Shown here one piece after another: positions 1 through 12,500 of a stretch of DNA of 64,000 bases. Under the pieces are notes generated by a model. The model worked only from the letters and a program-made list of their open reading frames with translations, was not told where the DNA came from and did no database searches. The DNA lies in NCBI GenBank assembly GCA_003971905.1, contig RSEE01000004.1, positions 310,001-374,000 of the forward strand, read 5' to 3'. The translations under genes were made by a program, and so were the position numbers. Position 1 is the first letter of the stretch. Each line of letters starts with the position of its first letter. This DNA comes from Moniliella sp. 'wahieum'. Taxonomy: Eukaryota.

Positions 1-657
1 GCTCGGACGCACCAACCAGCCTAAGCCCGAAACTACCGTGAGTCGACCTACCGCCACCTAAGGGATTGTACCCCAAAACCCCAGGGCGGGCCCCCTGGCG
101 GCGCCCGCCCATGACACGTAGCAGGCTACACTCAGCTCCTTGGCACGCTCTGCCGTACTGACAGAGAACTTGTTGTTCATTGCCGTCTCCTAGGCCAATT
201 TGGCCACCTGTGTAAGCTTATCCTCCATCGACATGTCTACACGTCCAGAGTTGCAAGCCTCGATGCGGTCACCGAGTGGTTGCACTATAATTTAGGTTGG
301 CATGCGAAAGAACCCCAGTGCAAAGCCTGCACAGTATAGGTTGCTAACCCCACCTGGGCCACATTCTGAATGGCGGAATTGGGCTACAGAGTCACGTGAC
401 CGCAATTGCGGCGCCGAAGCTGACGCAGACCGCGGGGTGGTGGGCTACTGGTTTGGGATTGGCGGCTTGCATGTCTTGGCAGGGCGGCTACACGGTCTTG
501 GCATTTCTGGTTTACCGGGTTTACCTGCCGTGACACACCCCACCGTCCGTTACTAACTTGGCGTGGTTGATGTCGGGACGATGGCCATGTCTTCGCCACC
601 ACCTCTATCACCTCCACCCTCATCGCCTCCGCCAGCGTAACAGCTGTAAGGAGAGGC

Positions 658-1249
658 ATGCACATTCTCCTTGTCCTTTGCTCCTGGCTGTTCACGTGCA
701 GTTCGCGCTCGCCCTGCCCCATCTTGCACGCGCTGGCAGTGGTGGCAGCTCTGACGACGGCTCCTGTGCCACCGCCTGGTCCGACGTGGGCTTGATTGCC
801 CCCGGTGCCCTCAGTCCTGGCACATGCGCTTGCTAGTATGTTGCTATTCATCGATAACCCCTCTCCCAGTACTGCTACTGACACGGCTGTTGCAGCTTTG
901 ACCAGGTGACGGCATATTGCTGTCAGTACCTTGGAGGGCAGGAACAAACATCAACCTTTATCCGGGACAATACTACATTAACCTACACAACCTGCTCTCC
1001 ATCGGGATCGTTTAAGGACATGCTGGCCTGCTTCAACACAGCTACGGCTCAGCATTGTGGGGACTCCAACCCTGTATTCCCTACGGGACTGTGTAACTCG
1101 ACTAATTCAGTCACGACCACCCCCAATCCTCTCTCAGTACTTCAGCATCCCATCCTCTCCTTTTGCATGAAGCTTTCGTCCGAAGGAGGGATGCATGTGC
1201 ATTGCTTCTGGGTCTCCTCATTTCGCTTGGTCTAAGTTGGTTCTGGTGA
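658..1249 (+). CDS. Small secreted Cys-rich protein, probably GPI-anchored (one intron, two apparent frameshift errors)
   Basis: ATG 658 opens a hydrophobic leader (MHILLVL/LLLAVHVQFALA, needs one extra T in a T-run). Intron 836-895 (GTATGT..CTGAC..TGCAG) removes the apparent stop and joins GTCAC-Y-FDQVTAYCCQY. Nine Cys in the mature part, a Ser/Thr-rich stalk, and a hydrophobic tail LLLGLLISLGLSWFW* ending at TGA 1247-1249. Confidence 0.6.
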
Positions 1250-3575
1250 ATTCACTAGTATTTATCCCATTGAACCTAATTACTATTACCTTATCCAGCC
1301 TCAATAACACCTTACCCTGCTGGCATTTGTATCCTCTTTGTCTATTACATCCATTCTTGACTTCTACATCTTGCTTGGTACTCCCAGAGCTCAGATGTGA
1401 ACCAGGATAGGAGCTTCCTGTATACCATACTTAAGTCAGGCCTAAGCAAGGTAGGCCAGTGGCAGGCCCAGACTCAAATCCAGTTCAAGGCGGTTTGATG
1501 GCATGATCGGCTCAACAGCCTGAGAAGGGCGCAAGAGAGAGACACTTTCAATATTCATCCTCATTGAGCAAGGCCAAAGGGGGAAAACAGGAAGAGCGAG
1601 ATACGAATTCGAAGTGGAGATCAAGTTGCGAAATACCAATATTTGCTTGGCGCATCATGCACGCATCATTGCGACATGTTGGCGCGGTTCAACTCGTCAC
1701 GTTTACTTTCGCACATCCGCAGATAATGTCTCTCTTTCTCGCGTCTTCTCCGGTCACGGGCTCAAATTTCTCCCCCAGCTGCCAGGATCACTCGCAACAT
1801 GTCTATCGCAGGTCATCGAGTATACGTTGAGGGTAAGATGATGATTGAAGTGGGCGAAAATGCTCCAAGGATGATTGCGACCGCACGTTTTCCATGCGGG
1901 CATTGAATGGCAACCTGGAACAGAGGAACATTGACAACGCATTGCGCCACTTGGAGGACATTATGCTATAGGTATACAGTTCCGATGGGCCTCCTTCCGA
2001 CGTCCCCGAGAACCATATGTGGGCATTGGCATCAGATGCACCTTTTGCACGAGATGGACGAGGATGATCGATGAGCTGTGAGATCGATGAGATCTAATCT
2101 CTCCCTGCTATCACAATGAACGAAAACCTTAATAGTGGCTGCATATACCACAGTGATTCCAACAAAACAGCTCAACCTTCGCTCCATGCCAGTACCACAC
2201 ACACATGTAACAAACTCTAAACCAAAAATCCTCATACACGGCACACAGTCCAGGCCTGATATAGTCGGCTCGGTGTGGTCCTCTTAATCTTGTTGGTAAA
2301 ATGTGGGGAGTGTGTTATAGACGTGTGGGGCGGAAAGACCTTATTTTTGCTTCTCGGTGTCATGACATGCGGGCGCGCGATCGATGGTTCTGTACACAAC
2401 AATCTTCCAATCTGCTGGTCCCTCAGGGCCTGAGCCTCAGGCCTCATCGATCATCTCTATACTGCACCATGATGCCTCCCTCTCCTGGCAGGATTTGATG
2501 CCCCTGAGAGGCCTGAGGCGTCAGGTGCGCATGTATGCTCCGGGGGTTTTTATAGTATTTTGCCGGAGAGCGGGGTGCGCAAAAGGCGTCGAGACCCCCC
2601 CGCTCTCACGAAAACCTGTTGTGACATGTGATCATCGATTATGCAGCCCAACAGAGGCACTGCAACTGGCAACAGAAGTGCGTTTGGGGCTAGCAAGAAA
2701 AAGAGGGGTGTGGTCAGGCTTCAGCCTGCTGCTATATTACCATTGAATATTGACATTAATACGCCCACAGAGGGGGCGATCCATTTGGTGACAAGGGAAA
2801 TATATGGCGTGGAAGAGACCAGTATGAGAGAAAAAATGAGGTGGCAGCGAGAAAAGGGGCCGCGAAAGAGGCATATGTGCAACGGAGCGCACTCTGATGC
2901 CTCGCTGTTCTCCCCATTAAAACTATCAGCCTGGGTTGCTGAGGTGGTAAGGTGTAACCTCAATTGAACTTCAGCAAGAGACTCGCTGGCCCCGCGGCAG
3001 GCTAGGTTATACACTCCATGCCGCCACACACCTCTACTGCCCGTGTGGTTTACGCCTTTTTCGAGCGTTTGGTGCCGAAGGTCATCGGCATGCCGTCGCG
3101 CACGAGAGTAGGAACAACACCCAGCTCGGCACCCGAAACCTCTGCCAGAGCGCGCAGGGACGGTGGGATGTGCGCTGGCCCTAAGCACTTGGTTAATTAC
3201 CGGTTAGTAACCGGCTATAGCCAGACCAACACAGGCAGGGCTTTGCGCAGCCTCGCACAGGGGCGGTCGTGGTGAGTGGTGGCGCAGCGGGAAACACTGC
3301 CCCTGTGCCTGTCTGTGGCGCGCGATTCTTGGAAGTCAATATAGGTGCAAAGCGGGCGTTGGCGTCTTCCCACGTCCCAACCCCTGACGCTTATAACTTC
3401 CCCCATCGTTCTCTTGGTCAATCCTCTTCTCTTCCCCACCACATCTACCCCATCCCCCATCTACTATCCCCCATCACGCCCCCACGACCCTACACGACTC
3501 ACGTTCACGAACCCCCCCTCCACGATTCATCATTCTGCCCCGGTTAAGCACGCACCCGAGCCCGACCGGACGCCC

Positions 3576-6500
3576 ATGCCCCTCCTCTCCCCTGGCCCAA
3601 CGCCGGGCCTGAGGAGGACGCCCTCCCATGGACCTCTCCATGGAAAAGATTGGTGATGCGGCTGTCTCACCTGACAGCCCAAAGCCACCCCCCACAAGAC
3701 CAAAGTGCGTGTGACGGGCACCCCCCAGCGCACCCCCGCTTCCCCCCGTCACCCGCCCGTCAGCGGGCGGACCCCAGGTCATCAGCGCACCCCCTCTGCT
3801 GGCCGCCGTCCCTTACCGCTCCCGCTCGAGCGTCCGCTGCGAAATCCCTTTGCCCAGGGCTCGACACCGGGTATATCCCATGGCCAGACAGAGGGCCGCC
3901 GCTCGTCGACAATGGGCCATCATGCTAGCCACTCTTCCGGTTCTGGCACCAATGGCAACCCTCTCCATGTTTCCGCTCCACGCGCATCGGTTGTCACAGC
4001 GAGTGCGGTTCTTGCTACCGGCACCCCAGCACCCACGGCACGCAAGATCACCAGCTCCATCCCTTCCCACCGTGTCCAACGCAACACCACCAAGCCTGCC
4101 CGCGCCTCGGTACCTCCTGCCTCTGGCCCTGCAGCAGGTGCCGCTTTGACTTCTTCCAAAGAAAGACGAGTTGCAGGAAAGTTGGACAAGGCATTGTTGG
4201 AATTGAGTGAGACCAAAAAGGCCCACCAAGCGGCCTTGGATGAATTGACCCGTCAACACCGTGAGGATTTAGCCCGCACCCGTGCCACTTCCGAGGAGCT
4301 GGAGGCAGCCAAAAAGGCGATCCAAGAAGGCAAGTCAGCTCATGCTCAGGCCGTGAAAGACTTGACCGAAGCCCAAGCCGTTCACCTGCATCAGGTGCAG
4401 GAGGAGCAAGCCCAAGCCTTTCAACTTCTCACAGCAGAAAAGGAGCAGATTGCTGAGCGCTCTAAGGCGGTGGAAGAGAATTTGCAGCAGCCAAAAACGA
4501 GTGTTTGGCCCTGCAAACTGATCGGGAAACTCAACTCGCTTTGTTGAAAGAAGCTCACGAGGCTCAATTGGCTGCCCTGAAGGCTGCTCATGCCGAGTCT
4601 TTGGCTGGGCGCGAGGAGGAAATCGCATCCCTCCGTAAAGAGCTGGAGGTTGTACAGCAAGCGCAGGAACAGTCTAGCAGCGCTGTGGAGGAGCTCAAGA
4701 AACTCACTGCTGCCTACGCTCAAGAGGAAAAGCAGGTTCAAGCAGCGCAGCAAGCGCTACTTGTTGCTGAAGAGGGAAAGAGAAAGAGCGACACCCTTCT
4801 GCTTGAGATGCAGGGTAACGTTCAAACTCTGGAGGCTCAACACGAAGAGCAGCTCTCTGAGATGACCCCCGCCGTCTCGAGAAGGAGCTTACGACGGTGA
4901 AGGAGGCTCTTGCAGAAGCCGAAAAGCAGCATCAACTGACCCTTGCTACTCTCACTGAGGAGAAGGGAAAGTTGAAACCGTGTCGCGAGAGGGTGCAGAC
5001 ACAGTCAGCAGCTGAAACGGCCTCTCTTTCTCTGAAGGCTGCACAGAGCTTGCCACGGTCCAAAAGTCTCACGCTGATGCACTTGCCAAGCTCACAAAGG
5101 AAAACGAGGAAAAGATCCGCACCCTTCTTGAGGGGAAGGACAAGGAAGTTAAGGAGGCAGCCCAAAAAGCTGAAGAACAGCTGCTGCTTGCCCAGGCTAC
5201 TCTACGCTCCGCACAAGAGGAACATGCCCTTACCGCATCCAAACTCGAGGAGGAGCAAGGCTGTTCTTGCTGCACATGTAGAGCAGACGCAAAGCACCGC
5301 CAAGGCTGCCGCGGAAACAGCTGAAAAGGAACTCTTGTCGGCTAAGGATGCCCTCACCCAGGCCGAAGGAGTTTGATACTGCAAAATCCAAAACGGCGGT
5401 GGAACACGAGGTCAGATCAAGCTTCTAACTGAAACTCATGACAAGGCATTGAAAGAGGCACTTGCCAAAGGGGAAGCCGATGTTCATGCTGTTCAGGATG
5501 CCCTTACCATGGCAGAAGAGAAGACCAAGCAACTTGGTCTCGAGTTACAGAGCAAAGAGGAACAGATTCTGCGGTTGACGGAAGCGCAGGAAAACCACAC
5601 TCTTGCCTCAGGAAGAGATCAAGTTGGCCAAGGAAGATGCAGCCTCGGTTCGAGCCGAATTGGATCATGCGTTGAAGGTCTCTGCCGGTCGAGCGGCAGA
5701 TCACCACGCTCACCGCCCTGGACCAGACTGCATCTAAAATTGCCGAGGCTGAACAGGCGGCGAAGGCACTAGCTCAGGATGCGTTCGCCAAGGAATTGGA
5801 AGGCCTGCGGGACACCCTCACTAATGATCACCGGACGGCGCTGGAAGGGCAACGGAGCGAGATGTCTCGACTGCGCCTTGAGTCGAAACCGCGGAGCGGT
5901 TCATGCCAAGGCGCTTCAAGATGCTGAGGCTCAGCGCTCGACCGAAGCCGCAGCCGCCAAAGCCGACCATGACCACGTTCTTCGCAGCTGGAGGAGTCCC
6001 AACAACATTTGGCTATCGAGGAGACAAAGCGGGTTCAGGCTGAGAAAGACCATACCGCCCTTCTTGCTCAGCTGAAGGAGGTCAAGTCGACGTACTTACC
6101 CCCCAGGAAAAGAAGGCACTCGAGGCCCGACTGGCTGCCATTGGCAAGGACCTTTCACAGGCACAGGCCGAGAAAAATAAGTCCGTGCAGGAGGCTGCTG
6201 AGCATATTGCTGCTCTTGAGAAGGCTCGAGATGAGCCGCCGTCCAGGCGGCTGAGAAGCGCGCTCAAGATCAAGAGAATACCCGGATGGTGGTATTGGAA
6301 AAGGAGGGCGTTTGCCGCTGAACTCAAGGAGAAGGAGGCAGTCTTGACGGTATGTCCATTTCGCTTGTGCCCACCCCAAGGGCGAAGAACACTAACAGGC
6401 GATACAGGCAACCAAAGAGCAACTGGCGGATGCATCACAGGAGCGGGACAGTGCCTTGGCCAAGCTTCTTGCGCGAGAGGAACCAGTGGAGGTAAGCCGG

Positions 6501-9500
6501 GTACAATCTGACGACGACCCGGCCGACTTAGTGGAGCAGCATGCACGGCACGTGCGCGAGGTGGCTGCACTGACCAAACCCACGATGCGCGGATCACGGA
6601 GCTGCAACGGCAGCTCCAAGCGGCGCATGAACAGAAGGAGGCGCTGGCGGCAAAGCTCCATGCGGCGCTCGTCGGGCCACCTCCAACACCAACTCCCATA
6701 CCAAGCCCAGCAACGCAGGTGAGTGATTTGTCCAGGAGGCGTGACGCGCGTGTGACGCGTCACCGTGGCTTGCGGCAACTTGAATACTGACGTGGATTTT
6801 GCACCTTCCGCTTTTACCACCACCAGAGTACCGACAAGAAAGATGAGCCCGTTGAGGACACAAGTGTGAAAGTTGCCTCTTTGGCTCATGCCCTGCTCAA
6901 GAACAATGCCGAGGCCGCAGAAGCATCCAAAAGCATCAACAGCCAAATTGAAGACAGGGAACTGAACATTGAGGTCGAACAGGCTACTGGCGCTACGGCC
7001 AAAGAGGCTAATGTTCAGGCTGCTCCCGTTGCCCCCAAGGAGGAGGCCAAGGTCGAGGAGAAACCGGCTGCTCCCAAGGAGGAGGCCAAGGTCGAGGAGA
7101 AGGCTGATGCCACCAAGAAGGAGGTCAAGGTTGAAGCCGCCCCCGCTGCTCCCAAGGAGGAGGCCAAGGTCGAGGTGAAGCCTGCCCCCAAGGAGGAGGC
7201 CAAGGTTGAGGCTGCCCCCGCTGCTCCCAAGGAGGAGGCCAAGGTCGAGGTGAAGCCGGCTGCCACCAAGGAGGAGGCCAAGGAGAAGCCTGCTGCTCCC
7301 AAGGAAGTGAAGGCCGAGGAGAAGCCTGCTGCCCCCGCTGCTCCCATGGAAGTGAAGCCCGAGGAGAAGCCTGCTGCCCCCAAGGAGGAGGTCAAGGTTG
7401 AGGCTGCACCCGCTGCTCCCAAGGAGGAGGTCAAGGTTGAGGCTGGCCCCGCTGCTCCAAGGAGGAGGTCAAGTTTGAGGCTGCCCCCGCTGCTGCCAAG
7501 GATGAAGGCCGAGGAGAAGCCCGCTGCCACCAAGGAGGAGGTCAAGGTTGAGGCTGCCCCCGCTGCTCCCAAGGAGGCCAAGGTCGAGGAGAAGCCGGCT
7601 GCCACCAAGGAGGAGGCCAAGGAGAAGCCTGCTGCTCCCAAGGAAGTGAAGGCCGAGGAGAAGCCTGCTGCTCCCAAGGAGGAGGTCAAGGTTGAGGCTG
7701 GCCCCGCTGCTCCCAAGGAGGAGGCCAAGGTCGAGGAGAAGCCGGCTGCCACCAAGGAGGAGGTCAAGGTTGAGGCTGCCCCCGCTGCTCCCAAGGAGGA
7801 GGCCAAGGTCGAGGAGAAGCCGGCTGCCACCAAGGAGGAGGTCAAGGTTGAGGCTGCCCCCGCTGCTCCCAAGGAAGTGAAGGCCGAGGAGAAGCCTGCT
7901 GCTCCCAAGGCGGAGGTCAAGGTTGAGGCTGCCCCCGCTGCTCCCAAGGAGGAGGCCAAGGTCGAGGAGAAGCCGGCTGCCACCAAGGAGGAGGCCAAGG
8001 TTGAGATTGCCCCCTCTGCTCCCAAGGAAGTGAAGGCCGAGGAGAAGCCTGCTGCTCCCAAGGCGGAGGTCAAGGTTGAGGCTGCCCCGCTGCTCCCAAG
8101 GAGGAGGCCAAGGTCGAGGTGAAGCCGGCTGCCACCAAGGAGGAGGCCAAGGAGAAGCCTGCTGCTCCCAAGGAAGTGAAGGCCGAGGAGAAGCCTGCTG
8201 CCCCCGCTGCTCCCATGGAAGTGAAGCCCGAGGAGAAGCCTGCTGCCCCAAGGAGGAGGTCAAGGTTGAGGCTGCACCCGCTGCTCCCAAGGAGGAGGTC
8301 AAGGTTGAGGCTGGCCCCGCTGCTCCCAAGGAGGAGGTCAAGTTTGAGGCTGCCCCCGCTGCTGCCAAGGAAGTGAAGGCCGAGGAGAAGCCCGCTGCCA
8401 CCAAGGAGGAGGTCAAGGTTGAGGCTGCCCCCGCTGCTCCCAAGGAGGCCAAGGTCGAGGAGAAGCCGGCTGCCACCAAGGAGGAGGCCAAGGAGAAGCC
8501 TGCTGCTCCCAAGGAATGAAGGCCGAGGAGAAGCCTGCTGCTCCCAAGGAGGAGGTCAAGGTTGAGGCTGCCCCGCTGCTCCCAAGGAGGAGGCCAAGGT
8601 CGAGGAGAAGCCGGCTGCCACCAAGGAGGAGGCCAAGGTTGAGGCTGCCCCCGCTGCTCCCAAGGAGGAGGCCAAGGTCGAGGTGAAGCCGGCTGCCACC
8701 AAGGAGGAGGCCAAGGAGAAGCCTGCTGCTCCCAAGGAATGAAGGCCGAGGAGAAGCCTGCTGCCCCCTGCTCCCATGGAAGTGAAGCCCGAGGAGAAGC
8801 CTGCTGCCCCCAAGGAGGAGGTCAAGGTTGAGGCTGCACCCGCTGCTCCCAAGGAGGAGGTCAAGGTTGAGGCTGGCCCCGCTGCTCCCAAGGAGGAGGT
8901 CAAGTTTGAGGCTGCCCCGCTGCTGCCAAGGAAGTGAAGGCCGAGGAGAAGCCCGCTGCCACCAAGGAGGAGGTCAAGGTTGAGGCTGCCCCCGCTGCTC
9001 CCAAGGAGGCCAAGGTCGAGGAGAAGCCGGCTGCCACCAAGGAGGAGGCCAAGGAGAAGCCTGCTGCTCCCAAGGAAGTGAAGGCCGAGGAGAAGCCTGC
9101 TGCCCCCAAGGAGGAGGTCAAGGTTGAGGCTGCCCCCGCTGCTCCCAAGGAGGTGAAGGCCGAGGAGACGCCTGCTGCTGCCAAGGAAGTGAAGGCCGAG
9201 GAGAAGCCGGCTGCCCCCAAGGAGGAGGTCAAGGTTGAGGCTGCCCCCGCTGCTCCCAAGGAGGAGGTCAAGGTTGAGGCTGGCCCCGCTGCTCCCGGAG
9301 GAGGCCAAGGTCGAGGAGAAGCCGGCTGCCACCAAGGAGGAGGTCAAGGTTGAGGCTGCCCCCGCTGCTCCCAAGGAGGAGGTCAAGGTTGAGGCTGGCC
9401 CCGCTGCTCCCAAGGAGGAGGCCAAGGTCGAGGAGAAGCCGGCTGCCACCAAGGAGGAGGTCAAGGTTGATGCTGCCCCCGCTGCTCCCAAGGAAGTGAA

Positions 9501-12500
9501 GGCCGAGGAGAAACTGCTGCCCCCAAGGAGGAGGTCAAGGTTGAGGCTGCCCCCGCTGCTCCCAAGGAGGACGCCAAGGTCGAGGAGAAGGCTGCTGCCA
9601 CCAAGGAGGAGGCCAAGGAGAAGCCTGCTGCTCCCAAGGAAGTGAAGGCCGAGGAGAAGCCTGCTGCCCCAAGGAGGAGATCAAGGTTGAGGCTGCCCCC
9701 GCTGCTCCCAAGGAGGCCAAGGTCGAGGAGAAGCCGGCTGCCACCAAGGAGGAGGCCAAGGAGAAGCCTGCTGCTCCCAAGGAAGTGAAGGCCGAGGAAA
9801 GCCTGCTGCCCCCAAGGAGGAGGTCAAGGTTGAGGCTGCCCCCGCTGCTCCCAAGGAGGAGGTTAAGGTTGAGGCTGCCCCCGCTGCTCCCAAGGAGGAG
9901 GCCAAGGTCGAGGAGAAGCCGGCTGCCACCAAGGAGGAGGCCAAGGAGAAGCCTGCTCCCAAGGAAGTGAAGGCCGAGGAGAAGCCTGCTGCCCCCAAGG
10001 AGGAGGTCAAGGTTGAGGCTGCCCCCGCTGCTCCCAAGGAGGAGGCCAAGGTCGAGGACAAGGCTGATGCCACCAAGAAGGAGGTCAAGGTTGAAGCCGC
10101 CCCCGCTGCTCCCAAGGAGGAGGCCAAGGTCGAGGTGAAGCCTGCTGCCCCCAAGGAGGAGGCCAAGGTTGAGGCTGCCCCCGCTGCTCCCAAGGAGGAG
10201 GCCAAGGTCGAGGTGAAGCCGGCTGCCACCAAGGAGGAGGCCAAGGAGAAGCCTGCTGCTCCCAAGGAAGTGAAGGCCGAGGAGAAGCCTGCTGCCCCCG
10301 CTGCTCCCATGGAAGTGAAGCCCGAGGAGAAGCCTGCTGCCCCCAAGGAGGAGGTCAAGGTTGAGGCTGCACCCGCTGCTCCCAAGGAGGAGGTCAAGGT
10401 TGAGGCTGGCCCCGCTGCTCCCAAGGAGGAGGTCAAGTTTGAGGCTGCCCCCGCTGCTGCCAAGGAAGTGAAGGCCGAGGAGAAGCCCGCTGCCACCAAG
10501 GAGGAGGTCAAGGTTGAGGCTGCCCCCGCTGCTCCCAAGGAGGCCAAGGTCGAGGAGAAGCCGGCTGCCACCAAGGAGGAGGCCAAGGAGAAGCCTGCTG
10601 CTCCCAAGGAAGTGAAGGCCGAGGAGAAGCCTGCTGCCCCCAAGGAGGAGGTCAAGGTTGAGGCTGCCCCCCTCCCAAGGAGGTGAAGGCCGAGGAGACG
10701 CCTGCTGCTGCCAAGGAAGTGAAGGCCGAGGAGAAGCCGGCTGCCCCCAAGGAGGAGGTCAAGGTTGAGGCTGCCCCCGCTGCTCCCAAGGAGGAGGTCA
10801 AGGTTGAGGCTGGCCCCGCTGCTCCCAAGGAGGAGGCCAAGGTCGAGGAGAAGCCGGCTGCCACCAAGGAGGAGGTCAAGGTTGAGGCTGCCCCCGCTGC
10901 TCCCAAGGAGGAGGTCAAGGTTGAGGCTGGCCCCGCTGCTCCCAAGGAGGAGGCCAAGGTCGAGGAGAAGCCGGCTGCCACCAAGGAGGAGGTCAAGGTT
11001 GATGCTGCCCCCGCTGCTCCCAAGGAAGTGAAGGCCGAGGAGAAACCTGCTGCCCCCAAGGAGGAGGTCAAGGTTGAGGCTGCCCCCGCTGCTCCCAAGG
11101 AGGACGCCAAGGTCGAGGAGAAGCCGGCTGCCACCAAGGAGGAGGTCAAGGTTGAGGCTGCCCCCGCTGCTCCCAAGGAGGAGGTCAAGGTTGAGGCTGG
11201 CCCCGCTGCTCCCAAGGAGGAGGCCAAGGTCGAGGAGAAGCCGGCTGCCACCAAGGAGGAGGTCAAGGTTGATGCTGCCCCCGCTGCTCCCAAGGAAGTG
11301 AAGGCCGAGGAGAAACCTGCTGCCCCCAAGGAGGAGGTCAAGGTTGAGGCTGCCCCCGCTGCTCCCAAGGAGGACGCCAAGGTCGAGGAGAAGGCTGCTG
11401 CCACCAAGGAGGAGGCCAAGGAGAAGCCTGCTGCTCCCAAGGAAGTGAAGGCCGAGGAGAAGCCTGCTGCCCCCAAGGAGGAGATCAAGGTTGAGGCTGC
11501 CCCCGCTGCTCCAGGAGGAGGCCAAGGTCGAGGAGAAGCCGGCTGCCACCAAGGAGGAGGCCAAGGAGAAGCCTGCTGCTCCCAAGGAAGTGAAGGCCGA
11601 GGAGAAGCCTGCTGCCCCCAAGGAGGAGGTCAAGGTTGAGGCTGCCCCCTGCTCCCAAGGAGGAGGTTAAGGTTGAGGCTGCCCCCGCTGCTCCCAAGGA
11701 GGAGGCCAAGGTGGAGGAGAAGCCGGCTGCCACCAAGGAGGAGGCCAAGGAGAAGCCTGCTGCTCCCAAGGAAGTGAAGGCCGAGGAGAAGCCTGCTGCC
11801 CCAAGGAGGAGGTCAAGGTTGAGGCTGCCCCCGCTGCTCCCAAGGAGGAGGCCAAGGTCGAGGAGAAGCCTGCTGCTCCCAAGGCGGAGGTCAAGGTTGA
11901 GGCTGCCCCCGCTGCTCCCAAGGAGGAGGCCAAGGTCGAGGAGAAGCCGGCTGCCACCAAGGAGGAGGCCAAGGTTGAGATTGCCCCCTCTGCTCCCAAG
12001 GAAGTGAAGGCCGAGGAGAAGCCTGCTGCTCCCAAGGCGGAGGTCAAGGTTGAGGCTGCCCCCGCTGCTCCCAAGGAGGTGAAGGCCGAGGAGACGCCTG
12101 CTGCTGCCAAGGAAGTGACGGCCGAGGAGAAGCCGGCTGCCACCAAGGAGGAGGTCAAGGTTGAGGCTGCCCCCGCTGCTCCCAAGGATGTGAAGGCCGA
12201 GGAGAAGCCGGCTGCCACCAAGGAGGAGGCCAAGGAGAAGCCTGCTGCTCCCATGGAAGTGAAGGCCGAGGAGAAGCCTGCTGCCCCCAAGGAAGTGAAG
12301 GCCGAGGCGAAGCCTGCTGCTCCCAAGGAGGAGGTCAAGGTTGAGGCTGCCCCCGCTGCTCCCAAGGACGAGGCCAAGGTTGATGCTGCCCCCGCGCTGC
12401 CCACGGAAGTGAAGGCCGAGGAGAAGCCTGCTGCCCCAAGGAGGAGGTTAAGGTTGAGGCTGCCCCCGCTGCTCCCAAGGAAGTGAAGGTCGAGGAGAAG

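Noticed and set aside
1..560. Possible degenerate transposon or telomere-like sequence at the window start
   Set aside because: No recognisable domain, terminal repeat or tandem telomeric unit.
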